Assembly (NCBI RefSeq): GCF_000150275.1 | Contig: NW_002060950.1 | Span: forward strand, 2,468,106-2,532,105 | Length of the DNA stretch: 64,000 bases | Reading direction: 5' to 3' | Origin: Trichoplax adhaerens | Lineage: Eukaryota > Animalia > Placozoa | In this document: piece by piece, positions 1 to 12,064 of the stretch | Layout: each line of letters opens with the position of its first letter | How positions within the stretch are numbered: position 1 is the first letter of the stretch | The notes under the pieces: model-generated | The model's database searches: none | The model's input: the letters and a program-made list of their open reading frames with translations, nothing else | Told to the model about the DNA's origin: nothing | Position numbers and translations under genes: made by a program

Positions 1-879
1 ACAAAAAATGAATGAGATTTCTACGCTACACAGCAGTTGGTAGCTATGCAACAAGTTCAAAGTATCGAAGTATCTGTGCTGCTTTAGTTTTCACAAAACT
101 ATGTTACTACATCAATGCTATCATCATAATAATAGCAATTAATTGATAATTAGGGTATTCGCGTGCCTCAAAATAAACAAGATGAAGTTCAATAAAAAGT
201 ACAGGTCCTGTTGCAATCTAGCTACTCGTTTTTTTGCAAGAAGGAGCTCATTTGTCATTAAGCATTGCTTCAACGTGAATGTTGAGATTGCCTACATACC
301 TTCTTTCCCTTGGGTGAAACGTTACCTTCAGGGTTGATCATCAAGATTGGATTGCTTTCTAATTTTGAAACGATGAATGCGAAATGAATACTGTTGTCAT
401 CGTATGGAATATATAATAATAATATACGATGGTAGCGAGCTGTTGTAGCTAAGCAAATGTGCAACCGACGTTGCAAATGATGTCATTGCATTCACCTAGG
501 CGATCGCTATAACTTAATACCGACTACTGCGAATGATCCATACAGTCGATAGCATGCAGTATGCAAATCTCTTTCATCAAGAACTATTTGATTTTTAACG
601 GTAATTTTTTTTGAAAACAGACTATCGTGGACGTCCAGTCGGACGGATGCGTCCGTTGATTAGCATATGGTTGGAGACTGGTAGCTCAAACATGATAATC
701 AATTCAATTCGTGACTGAGTCGTCCATCCGTCCACGCCATAACAGATTCTGCTCAGTACAAAAGTGGTCTCTTTGGGCCAGCGTACAGTGTACAGTGCAC
801 TTCACTACAGGATAGTACTGTACAGTGTTACGGTGGCCCAGTACCAATACAGTACAGTACTGTACGTACAATACCTGCA

Positions 880-1082
880 AGTTGCAAAGATTTTGTGGTA
901 GACCGTAGACGCATAGCGGAGTCACTCACTCATGGAGCAACTCGCTATACTAGAGTATGAAGTGCGCGCAAAGACTTTGTGCTACACACATGATTTGAAA
1001 CATGCGCAAAGGCTTTCAAGTACAAGCACACGATTTCTAGTACGAGCAAAAGACTTTGTGGTACACACACACATGATTTGTA
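880..1082 (+). repeat. Degenerate ~80-bp-period direct repeat (GCAAAGACTTTGTG[C/G]TACACACATGATTTG)
   Basis: Near-identical copies at about 968 and 1046, and a partial copy at about 884. Confidence 0.65.
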
Positions 1083-1847
1083 CTGTAGTCCGCAGACTCT
1101 TTACAAAGTACAGTACTGTACAGTACAGTATGTACTGTACTGTGCTGTACTGTACATTGTACAGTAGAGATACGGTGGTAAATACCGTACTGTACTGTAC
1201 ACTTAGTGTACAGTACAGCACTCGCAAGGACAATATTGAAAGTGTGACGCCATCGAGAAAACTACGATGCTAAAGCGCGGCTGACGCCACGTGTACGATA
1301 TGGCGCCAGTGAAAATGGTATTAACCTGATGCTGTACCATGGGCTACTACAAAAAGACATTGAGTTTACCTGCTACACTATACTGTACACTGTACGAGTA
1401 GTTTTGTTTGTTTTACTTCTGTTTGTACAGTGTGAACCAGTTCGAATCAGAGTACTTTAATGGCAGCAGTTTTGACGTACTGTACACTGTACTGTACTGT
1501 ACACTACACTGGGTACAGTACATTACTTTACTGTACTGTACTGTACAGTGTACATTGGACATGGCCATTTTTTTGGCATCAATTTGTATAACATTGATCG
1601 CAAATGTATGGCTTTAATATGTACAGATCGCTCTTGACTTGGAGATTCTATATCCGTAATGAGTGGGTAACTTTCGACGATAGAGACTTATGTGTATAGC
1701 AAAGTTGATAACGATTGGTCTTTTTGAGCGTTTTGCTTCTACTTGCTACTATTCAAACATACAGTGTACAGTATAGCACTGTCCAGTATTGAAGAAAACA
1801 GATCACCTTCAGTACGGTGACCGAGAAGGACCACTCATCTACTACCG

Positions 1848-2035
1848 TACAGAGGGTGTCCAAAAATTATCCCCGCGCACAAATTTAAAATTAGTATTGC
1901 CAAATCGAGCAGTAATTTGCCCAAAAAATGTACCGAAATGTACAGTAATAAATAACCTATCATAATCTGAAAAATTTAAAGCTGTAGGTTTTGTACTTTT
2001 ACAGATATTAAGCTTTAAAATAAAAAAGTTTAAAT
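1848..2035. mobile_element. Possible single end/remnant of a Tc1/mariner-like non-autonomous DNA transposon
   Basis: Starts TA-CAGAGGGTGTCCAAAAA, which resembles CAGGGTGTCC-type termini after a TA. No partner terminal repeat was found nearby and there is no transposase. Confidence 0.22.
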
Positions 2036-3714
2036 AAACGATGCTACCGATTCTACAGTACTTTCTAAACAGGATTTGACTACAGTAGATGCGAGTAAAC
2101 CTACAGTACTGTACTGTACTGTACTGTAGGCTGTCGACTCTCGCGCAGTTGCCTGACCGAGGCCAACAAAACTACACCTGTCCACGGTAAAAGTCGTAAA
2201 ACCAGCATACAGTAGAAGATCTTTGCATCATATCGCCTTAAAAGGCTGCATTGATCTGATTCTAGATTATAATTGGTGTCGACACTGCATGAAAATGGAC
2301 ATTAATAGAACAGAAAATCCCTCTAAAGTATAGCATGCGTACAGTGTACTCCATCTTTTCAAATCATGAGCCATGACATTCTTATACCAGCTTGTTTGTT
2401 ATTACTTGGCTTCAAAATTGAACTTGCTTAACAATACCCAACGACTGTATACAGTCCTATAGTACACAGTTGTTGCCATGTCTGCATCGCTGAGACGCAA
2501 ATAACAGCGTAACAGAGCAAGTTAACACTGAGTAAAGTACAACCGTAGTGTCAAGACATATATATATATAGAACATCGAAAGCGTACACATCTTTTCATT
2601 CGATATGGAGCACAAACCATTTCGCTATTGCAAAGATAGAAATTTCCTTTATTGTTCTGCTCCATGTACGTTTACTTGCATTACGATAACTCCGTCTACG
2701 AACAGCCTTGCATTAAAATTTCTAAACAATTGCCTTTATCATTTTCAGAAAGGGCTAATTAGATACTGCTAGTATCGTACTAGAGAATATGATCAAAACT
2801 CAGCCAGTTAGAAGTAAATAGTCATGAAGGTAAAAACTTGACAGTAAATTACATAGTATAACAAATGAAATTGAACATTTGTAAATAAAAATTTTAATAG
2901 ATCACTAGCTAAGTCTCTCACAAAGCCACTCTACTATAGCACCGTAGAAACAAATTCAGCTTCTTACACATAGTTTTTCTTCTATCATGGCTAACAAAAG
3001 AAAGGCGAATGAGGTTGCAAACAAAATTACAGTACACATAATTTAGCAATGATACAATCTGTGAAGTGGGCATAGATAGCATCATTATGGCTTGTGTTGT
3101 ATTACGATTCTATAGTCACATAGCCAGATTTTCATTACAGCATTCCAATACCAATGCATTTAATAACATCTTTTAACGCAAAAATTTTTGAATGTAAATC
3201 GGTTACTGTACAGCAAATGATAATACAACTGATTGTACGAAACTTAAAAAGAAATATAATATCAATCCTTATGTCGGGGGGAGGGGGCACTTAACAATTT
3301 CATTAAACCATCCAAAGTGGCAATAAATTTAGTTGAGCTTTGGTGCACCTTTGATATCCAAGCTTTCAAGACGATACTGCTTGATAATGTTTTCTCACGC
3401 AAAGACTGCACTATATACGATACATAAGAAATTTGGTGTGAAGTACGGATAGCTACTATAGCATAAGGATGCAATTATTACAGCCACCACATTCTTTATA
3501 GGTACAACGGGCAAATATTTTAAACACTTTTCTTTTGCTACGCTTCAGCGTTAGCATATATGTCAAGAATATATTTAAACAAATTTCTCCTACGTCCCAC
3601 CATATAGATTTTTTCATTACTTCATACGCATGCAATATTATCCACAATCTAAGTTGCGTACTAAATATCACTAATATATATTGTGCCATAAAGCAACATT
3701 AATCAGATTTAGTG

Positions 3715-3994
3715 TCATCGTTTTTCTTGAAACAAATACAGATTATTTGTAGCTGCAACAGCTAATATATTTTCGGAGGGATGCCACGCCGCGTGAAGAA
3801 TTTTCTTATTAAAGTCCAAACTCTCAACTCCAATTTCGTCTTTCTTCCGTCTGTTTGACGACGACACATGCTTTGGCTTTAAAATACTCTTTCCTTTTAA
3901 TGTTACCTCACGAGATGCTTCAAAGCAGTTATCCCGAAGTGAATTGCGGTCAAATAATCGGAAAAAGTTGTTATACGAACCAGTCATAATACCA
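3715..3994 (-). CDS. PPP2R2: PPP2R2 exon 8, terminal ([12 protein letters not shown]...LFQEKR*)
   Basis: cag|TGGT; includes ORF 3715..3987; TGA stop. Confidence 0.96.
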
Positions 3995-6900
3995 CTGCAA
4001 AAGAGTATCCAATAAATAAAAAATCAATTGCTTCTATATATTCCATAGTTAAACAACGAAACACATCCTTACGCTAACAATCTGACCAACTTAATCAACA
4101 ATAACTAACCTATCATCACCACTCCAACAACATTCAAATTTGTCAAAAATACAATCGTTCTCGTACAGTGAGCACAACCTATTCCGCAAATACTCATGAA
4201 CATAATAAGTTTCTACTGGCTTTGAATCCATATGTAGGTCCCAAACTTTCACCGTTAGGTAATCGCGTGATATCATATAACGACCATTATGACTAAACTT
4301 TACATCTGATATAGACGCAATTATTTCCGAAAAGAAAGATCTATTATTGACATCTTCTGGCTCTTCGAATACTATGTACAAAAATGAACCAGTTGCAAAT
4401 TCATCATAAGAATTAAAAATAGTACAATATGACATGAAAGCATCAAATAAGAATAGCACTTACACTTAGCATGTTTATCACATAATGCTGCAGCCCTCAT
4501 ATCGCACAACTTAAGAGTTCCTTTGCTGCTACTATGAATGAAAACGTTACAATTGCGGGGATGAAATTCTGCACAGGTTATAACTTCTACAAGTTCTTCC
4601 ATATTGGCTGGCTTAATGTCAACAACATCTTAGAAGTAACCGTTAAAGAAATTATAAACAAGAACTGGATTGATAGAATACATTCAATTACCACAATTAA
4701 TAATCATTGCAAAATTGTATAAAATAACTGCATTCATAACATCTTTATTCAAGGATACTGAAACTTTGATCGGTTCTACTTAAATTCCAATAATTTATCC
4801 TTAAGTCGTCGGCGGATAAGTACGTTTCGTCGTCGCTATTGCACGAAATTGAATTAATATGATAAGTGTGAGCATTAGCGAAAACACGCTTTAGACTTGC
4901 TTCCACTGTTAATTCCATAGGCCTTAACACTGGGACATGAAGCTTAGTAATATTTCTTGGATCCCTCGGGAGGCCACTTTCGTCGTAACAATTTAATCCA
5001 TCGGCCCGAAATTGACGCTCAGCAACTTTCCATAATTTTATGGTTTTATCTACGGTTAACAAAGAAGAAGTGGCCATAATAGTTAATGGCTATACTGTAT
5101 GACGTGACGGAATCCTAGTAACTCTTGAATCGGCAAAGTATCGAAATATGATCAATGGATACTATAAAATTCTTTCCATATATATATTCGTAACTATCAA
5201 TCTATAACTAGGAATTTTGCGCTCAAGATCGCTTAAATTGTACCCATGAATTAGCATTGTAAAGATTTTAACTTCTAGGAGAAAATTATCCCAACGATAT
5301 CGTTAACTACATTATATTAGCCAAAACGGATCCAATTTAATGTTTCAATTTACAGAATACCGTAGGTTACACAAAACGCAAAGTTAGAGTACCCTACTTA
5401 AATCTACTTCCGATAGGCGCTACGTTAAACGCTAAGTGATACCAATACAAGATAATCAATTTATTAGATATAATCGAAATACTGCTTATCGTATCTCGTA
5501 AAATTAGTAATAACCTTAAGCTACGTCTATGTAGGGCTTAAAATCTACAAATCAATAGTCAACTTTCATAAGCTAAAACTATAGTGAAAGTACAAGACGG
5601 CCCTGTAAAAGGTACTGTATTACAGATTAATTATTATATACTGTTATTACACATACAAAATATGCAATAAGACTTTGCGTATCATTTAGTGGGGGAAAAA
5701 AAATGATGTGTTAAAGACTTAACTAGCGATGGTCACTAATTACTATGATATCTACTGCAAGATAAATGATGACCGTGACAATTCACTTAAATATTTCTCA
5801 ATCATTGAGCGATTTCAATACTGCAATTCAGTAGCCACGACGTGCAAACGCACAATCAATAAATAGCATTAATCTAATCACACAATTTCAGATTGAATAT
5901 TAAAAGATACAGAATTAAAGCATTACAGGATCATGCAGACACTTGCCAAATAGAAACTAAATTATTGAAAAATATTGTATAAAGCACTATTCAACTAGTG
6001 AACAATAGCTATCAAAAAATTATTTTGACAGTTTGAACTGCTATAAACAAAACGCTCAGTCGAGATTAGTTCATCTGGGGGAAACATCAGGTAAAAGTAA
6101 GAAAGAAATTCCCTTTTGAACCCTACTAATGGACACAATTAATTTTACGCGGCGATAAAGGTAAGTACAGAAGACTAGAAGAGAACATGGATAAAATAAA
6201 CAAGTTTTCGATTCAACAATGATGTTACAAACCGTTAGTAGATAATAAAAAATGGGCGGAATTGGGCCTTTTAAGCCAACGGATCTTGTTAATTTTTTCT
6301 TCAATTTCTAAGCTCTTCAAATAGTCAAATTCAGGCTCATGGCTTTGAAATGTACTGTATACATTATATTCTGCTCTATATGGCGGTTTCTTCGACTAAG
6401 GTGGACGATATTGAAAAAAAAGAATATTTAAAAGAACGTTTAATCAAGCATTTATTTACCGTATAAGGAAGCTTGATTTTATACAATTGCAGCTTTTCAT
6501 AGCATGCGATTGAATGAAGAATAAACTGCTAAGGTAATTAATAAGAAAATTGTCTAAATGCTATCAAGAAATCATCAAAAAGTCCATCTGGCGTGCTCTA
6601 TATTATAGTAATGTATATATAATTTTTTTGAATGGAAAAAATTAAAGGTTCTGGGAAGTAATATGTTTGCGGTAGCTTAGTGAAATAGTGGCTTTTTGTC
6701 TTGACATGTTTATAAGATAGATAGTGCCCACGTCCATGGCAGGCTTTCAAGACTCAATCGACTGCATTATACAATGAAAGTAAAAACAAACCAGGCAACA
6801 TACAGCTAAATAAATCGCTTAGAAAGCATTCAACTATTAATGTAGCAGATCTCTCAGAATGTGGAGAAGATGGAGGAAGCGAAGGATTTTAATAATACTT

Positions 6901-8929
6901 TCCATCTCTATCTTGATCGTTCATGAAATTGTAATATAATGGAACTACTGGCAGTTTATCTATTACATTGTACAGTACTTCCATTGGACTTCAATTGCGT
7001 TTAAGTTGTAGCATTAAGGTTCTATGCCAATACATACGGTAGATAGAACAAAGATTACAGATGGCGTAATAAAATAAAATCATCTATAGTCCGTTGAAGA
7101 ATCAACATTAATAAGTATAGTACAGTAAGCGATCGAGAGCCATCTATCTTGAAGAAATCCATTACATACAGTCTATGTGTCAAAGAGGTAATATCAGTCC
7201 TATCTGCATCTCCCTTGTAGACCAACAAGGAAATGGAAGTGGCAACAACTACGATCGCTTTTAGACTAGTATCAATGAATACGTCTTCCATGTCATTTTA
7301 AGTGTAGTTGAAGGTTTACATTGATATTAGAGATGTATTTTTAATTAGATTTGTTGTATTTCTATACGAGTATCTACATATTATTGATGCTGTTGTAATT
7401 TGAAAGCTTGTTTTGAATCAAGAATACTGTATAATAAACAATATTTATCGACACTTTCATGACTTTTTAATACACAGCCAGTTGGAAGAAAGTAATCCAT
7501 TAGAAAGTCAAAAATTGGCCATTTAGTTAAAATACTCTGCGCACAATTGAACAAAATCAAACACTTGGTCATTAGTAGGAATCCATACCGTGGCTTCGCG
7601 CTGGAATATGACCACGCGGCCACCTTTATCTCCGGTTGCTAATAATTCACCAGTTTGATTAAATTCCACCGTAGAAATAATATCGGCTATTGAAAAACAA
7701 GTTGATCATTAGTATTAGAAGCGAAAAATTGGATAATATAGAATTGGATTTAGGTAGACAAGTTCATCAACGACTTTGTCCAGTCTTGATGCAATATTTT
7801 AGCATTGATTTTGATACTGTAAGAAGCGTTGTGTCTAATGCGCTGGAGAAGAGGCAAGGTAGAGCTCCATTCTGCCGTCCGTATAGTATAGTAGAGTAGG
7901 GGAAGGGCATGATGTGGTCGGCTGTATACGCAGAGTACAGTAGCTACTGGTGTACAGTATGTTACGTGTACTGTATCGTATAGGAAGAGAGTTTATACAG
8001 TAGAGGTGTAGTATGTCCAAGTTGAAGAGGCAGCTTGGTCAAAGCGGCAATAAAAAAGAATGGAGGTCATCGACGATCGATTGATAAAAATGGACGTGGA
8101 AAATATTCAACTGTCATCATTGAAGGACATATGTTGAAGATATTTTCTCTTTTCTGGATGGCAAAGTGAGTGACATTGTGACAAGACAATAACAGACATA
8201 CAGTCGACTTTGATCGATTTGAACAAAAACTTTCCTAACGCTGTCAATGACTGGAGATGGAGAAAAGACAAACTGCATTTCTCGATGGTCTGTGAACTAT
8301 CTTAACAGCTCAAAGAGATAATAAAATTTGGAAAAAAGAATTTCCTGATATTGATAGTAATGCAATTAAAGTAGTTGAAGTCCCATGGTAGAATGCAAGG
8401 CAATTTTAGGGCTGAAATTGGCTATCATTTGTGCATGGTATCAAGCTTTGCCAAACTTGTGCAAAATGGGCCCCTCACTCTGTCTCTCTTCTACTCAACT
8501 GTAATAGAGTGGTACTAGTCAAAGCTTGAGGCAGATTGGGTCGAAAAGTGGGTAGTGTAGAGTACTGTAAAAAATTGGAGACTGTCCATTGTTGTGTGTT
8601 GTAGAAGAAAGTCAATCTAATCTGCTGTACACAAGAGAGAGAGAGAGAATACTATCTGTACACAAGCGCTAGCCATGACAGCCAGTTTTGCCTACTTGGT
8701 GTTGGCGCACCAATTACTGAAAGCAAAAAAACGCGACCCCTGTATTGCGATTAAATTGAGCAATTTACAGCATGGAGAGCACAACACCATTTACCTTCGG
8801 TCACTTCATCGTCAATAGTGCCTTTAACTTGTGCAAATGACCACTGCATATCTCCGCTTTCTACTCCAATGAAAGAAGGACGATTAGGAAATGTTTGAAT
8901 TATGACGGTGGAAAAAACTCACGGTACAT
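3715..8929 (-). CDS. PPP2R2: Serine/threonine protein phosphatase 2A 55 kDa regulatory subunit B (B55/PR55/twins, WD40 propeller); 8 coding exons: 8929-8923, 8860-8795, 7686-7589, 6395-6233, 5049-4759, 4628-4464, 4371-4110, 3994-3715
   Basis: The spliced translation [55 protein letters not shown]...[32 protein letters not shown]...[13 protein letters not shown]...[16 protein letters not shown]...[27 protein letters not shown] matches the B55 family throughout. All introns are GT-AG and phases are consistent. Exons sum to 1332 nt (443 aa + stop). Confidence 0.97.
4110..4371 (-). CDS. PPP2R2: PPP2R2 exon 7 (LFEEPED...CCWSGDD)
   Basis: Within ORF 4091..4459; tag|TATTC ... ATAG|gttagt. Confidence 0.95.
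4464..4628 (-). CDS. PPP2R2: PPP2R2 exon 6 ([18 protein letters not shown]...CDKHAK)
   Basis: Overlaps ORF 4372..4602; donor T|gtaagt. Confidence 0.95.
4629..4758 (-). other. U12-type (minor spliceosome) GT-AG intron, 130 nt
   Basis: The 5' splice site is GTATCCTTG. The branch site TTCTTTAAC lies about 13 nt before the 3' AG, with no long polypyrimidine tract. Splicing restores the conserved [14 protein letters not shown]. Confidence 0.9.
4759..5049 (-). CDS. PPP2R2: PPP2R2 exon 5 (DKTIKLWKV...RTDQSF)
   Basis: Within ORF 4745..5077; signature [11 protein letters not shown]; ends at donor A|GTATCCTT. Confidence 0.95.
6233..6395 (-). CDS. PPP2R2: PPP2R2 exon 4 ([54 protein letters not shown])
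   Basis: ttag|TCG...AACG|gtttgt; B55 signature [19 protein letters not shown]. Confidence 0.95.
7589..7686 (-). CDS. PPP2R2: PPP2R2 exon 3 ([33 protein letters not shown])
   Basis: tag|CCGAT...CACG|gtatgg; 98 nt, highly conserved peptide. Confidence 0.95.
8795..8860 (-). CDS. PPP2R2: PPP2R2 exon 2 ([21 protein letters not shown])
   Basis: tag|AAAGCGG...GAAG|gtaaat; conserved QWxFxQVKG motif. Confidence 0.93.
8923..8929 (-). CDS. PPP2R2: PPP2R2 coding exon 1 (ATG TAC C, 7 nt)
   Basis: ataATGTACC|GTGAGT gives a consensus donor in phase 1, matching the next exon across a 62-nt intron. Vertebrate B55alpha also starts with a 7-nt coding exon. Confidence 0.75.
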
Positions 8930-9019
8930 TATTTCAACTAAATTGACGTTAATGTGGAGAAAACTCGACGCACAGGCTTATAATCAGCTTACTTGGGTAA
9001 AGTGAAACACTGACACTAA

Positions 9020-10500
9020 ATCCACTGTACTATGCATGCGATAATGCTTGTGCTTGCAGTCTAGCCTTGACTCATACAGTACTCAACGTACAGTACTACC
9101 ACCGCGCTACAGTGTCAGGATACCCTGGACTGTACTGTACACTCTCCACTTTTCCCTGGCCCCGCTAACGCGGAATTACTGTACTTTGTACTGTAGACAC
9201 CACAGTACAATCCACTACTGTAGTCAACCGCTTTTTCTTTCTTTTGCTAATTAGGCAGACTGCGCACAGACAACTGAGACAAGCGCGTCAATGCTGGAGA
9301 GAAAAAATAATTATTATTATTATTATTTATTATTATTATTAGTAGTAGTAGTAGTAGTAGTAGTCGTATTCCATTAGACATTATACTGCATCGATATGAA
9401 GTTTTCTGTTGCCAATCCAAGGCGTCTTGATTTTTCGCCCTCCTGATTGACGGATTCATCATTCAGTTGGTTCTATGCCTAGATCATTCATACTACTGTG
9501 TATATATGTTATATACAGAGAGAGAAATAGAGACACTACAATCCAATACAACAGCAGTCAAGTCACGCACTCGTTAAAACCAAGTTAGTTGACCGTGGTT
9601 CAGTAGTGTACTGTACTGTACTGCTGGGTCATACTTGGAAATTACAGTGCGTACTGTACTGTACGTACAGTATCATGGCGCCGGAGCGGCAAGCTGCAGT
9701 ATGGTTATAATTTCAGGGAATTTACTGTCAAAACAAAAATTGTTTCTTTTTTTGGTGCCTATCTACAGTATAGTACAGTACACATGGTCAAAAGAACCCA
9801 CGTATAACCATGGCCGAACTACTGCAAGAAAAGCTTTTCTGTGAGTCTATGGCCAAACTCAGTACAAGACAGCCCCATCAAAAGGTCCACTCAGCCCAGA
9901 ATGGAACTGGGTCTACACTGTAGAATGAGTCTATCGGTCCGTCCACTACTGTATGGATGCTTTCATCATAACACTCTTTTCTTCCTTTCTTTTTACTCAA
10001 GTCAACTGGACTGAATCAGTAGAGACCCTGTATGAATCGGCAGCTTCTAAAGAGACAATAAGCAAAGAGAGAATTTCCTTTTCTGACAAGTCCCTGACTG
10101 AATGGACTGAACACTGTACAGTATACAGTATACAGTACTACACTACTCATCCAATTTTCTTGATTGCTGGAACTCCGCAGTCCCGTATGACTGTAGTGAA
10201 TACAGTGTACAGTGTATAGTACTGTACAGTACAGTATTATGCATGCTCGAGAATGAAGATAGAAAATTCTCTTGATTCCTAGTCCTAAACGAAAGACGGA
10301 CACGGAAAGGGCTATGGTGGAAGAGAGTACACCTGATTAAAAGCGTATTTTAATTCGCTTTGACCAGCCTTTCAAGATAGGGGGAATAAAGCACAATTTG
10401 GATCTTGAACGCAGTTGATCTAACTTGATTGTAACTTACTGACGGTAGTAGGATAGAGTAAGATATGGTCGACCTTCTTACTGTACTGTACTCTCTACAT
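9020..10500. promoter_or_regulatory. Upstream/promoter region of PPP2R2, enriched in TACTG/CAGTA motifs and locally higher in GC/CpG
   Basis: Lies immediately 5' of the PPP2R2 ATG (8929). Motif clusters at about 9025-9225, 9600-9790 and 10110-10240. Function is inferred from position. Confidence 0.5.
9309..9364. repeat. Compound microsatellite (TTA)n(TAG)n
   Basis: aattattattattattatttattattattattagtagtagtagtagtagtagtagt. Confidence 0.9.
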
Positions 10501-12064
10501 TGTACAATGCACATTGGTATACTAAACTGTAACATCAATGCTAGATTCTTCAGCTTTAGCAAGCAAACAGTAAATTACCAAAAAGATGCACGTAGTCAAG
10601 CTATTCATCGACTTGAAGGTGTGGATATTCTGTGCAAACATGCATCGTATTCCAACTTTTATTATAGCTAGGATTGCTACATGTAATTCATAATCATGAC
10701 AGTATCATTAAACTGAAATCACAACACTATGCCACTTGCTAGACCTTGCCAGTGTTCTGTATGGAAGAATACACTAACCTATTGTACTGCACCTAATGGG
10801 TTAGCATAAGATCAGGGTATAATATGTCATTACGGCTATACTATTTAAATGCAGTAAATCCTTAATAAAACAGACTTTCAGTAACCTTACTAGGAGGAGT
10901 GGATCAAAGTTCCTCCATTCAAAGTTACAGGTCCGACCAAGACAGAATCGTGACACAAATGCATAACAATAACAGTGACTTCTCCTTTTTTTATTTTTTT
11001 GTATTTTTTGGACTACCCAATGGCAACAACAACATTATTCATCATTCTCTAAACGGCAGTAATTTATTGATGTTACTTGTTGGCAGCAAGTTGCCATTCT
11101 CAAGCATTGACTTTTAAAGAATAAATAAAATAGGCAGCATCACAGATGAATTCCATTTTATTTATTTCATTAATCCTGCAAGCTTCTTAAATTACGAGAC
11201 GTGCGTACATCGTGCTAAACTACCTTGACGTAAGATTGTTATAGCAAAATAGATATCCATCATCAAGTTACAAAATTGTCAACGGAGAACGCGATCTCGT
11301 TTACGTATAAATAATGAAACTGTCAAAAAGATACATTATATTTATACACATCAATCATATTATGAACCAGCGATAGGAAGATATTGACTTTAGCAAAGAA
11401 TACAGTTTGAATGAATCATCTTACTTTAGTATGAACATACAGTAGTTCTGATGAAGAGAAAGTACTGAAAATTAGGGTTGAATTTCATCTGTAATATACC
11501 ATGTTTAGTTCGAGTCAAGTTGTAAGGAAATTGAGGCAGAAATTTGCATTTATACTGATTTAAAAATGTCAGTTAGGATAGGATATCAATTATACTCGAA
11601 ATAAAATTACTGTATGATAGATAGTCAATAACCATTAGCTAAGTTTATATTAAACATGTCTCAAAAATAATAATATTGACCTTGATTTACAGAGAATAGA
11701 CGTCTGGACATTCAAAAAAATGAATCAATGGTTATTACAATAGGTGTTTCCATAAAATTCTGCTTGCTAAAATGGAAATAAAGGTCATGATAGCAATTCT
11801 AAATTATCATATGCTCCTATTTATAGCTTTTAAAAGTTATCGTAACAATACGCAATAACCAATAACTTTAAATCTAAACTTCTTGCATAGCCTCAGCAAT
11901 GCAAATTGCTAACTACACTATTTATTGTACGCTCACACCATAAAAAACTGGCTGAGATAATAATAAATAGTGTTCCAAGCTTAGATTGTTGTGATGACAG
12001 TACGTTGATGTATCTTCAGCATTTATAAACAGCTAAAAAGAGTTTATTGCATTGCCACTGCTCA

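Larger units (their letters stand above)
770..2130. repeat. Island of dispersed/short-tandem TACTG/CAGTA (GTAC-core) motifs
   Basis: Many copies in both orientations, e.g. TACAGTACTGTA palindromes near 853, 1109 and 2102, and (TACTG)n runs near 1478-1503 and 2107-2127. Confidence 0.8.

Noticed and set aside
100-500. Possible minus-strand exons giving MINPEGNVSPKGKK|IATG (WD40-like)
   Set aside because: Splice-like signals exist (donor gtatgt near 298), but I could not build a consistent reading frame or recognise a homologue; truncated by the window edge
704-1617. Short ORFs rich in TVLYCT/VQYSTV (also those at 7835-10671)
   Set aside because: Translations of the TACTG/CAGTA motif, open on both strands, with no protein-like features
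8985-9050. Alternative PPP2R2 first exon with ATGCAT... and donor gtaagc at 8992
   Set aside because: Its ATG is phase 0, out of frame with exon 2; at most a non-coding 5' UTR exon, unsupported without transcripts
9490-9520. LexA/SOS-box-like TACTG-(TA)n-CAG and steroid-response-element-like GTACAnnnTGTAC words
   Set aside because: Eukaryotic context; these are by-products of the abundant TACTG/CAGTA motif
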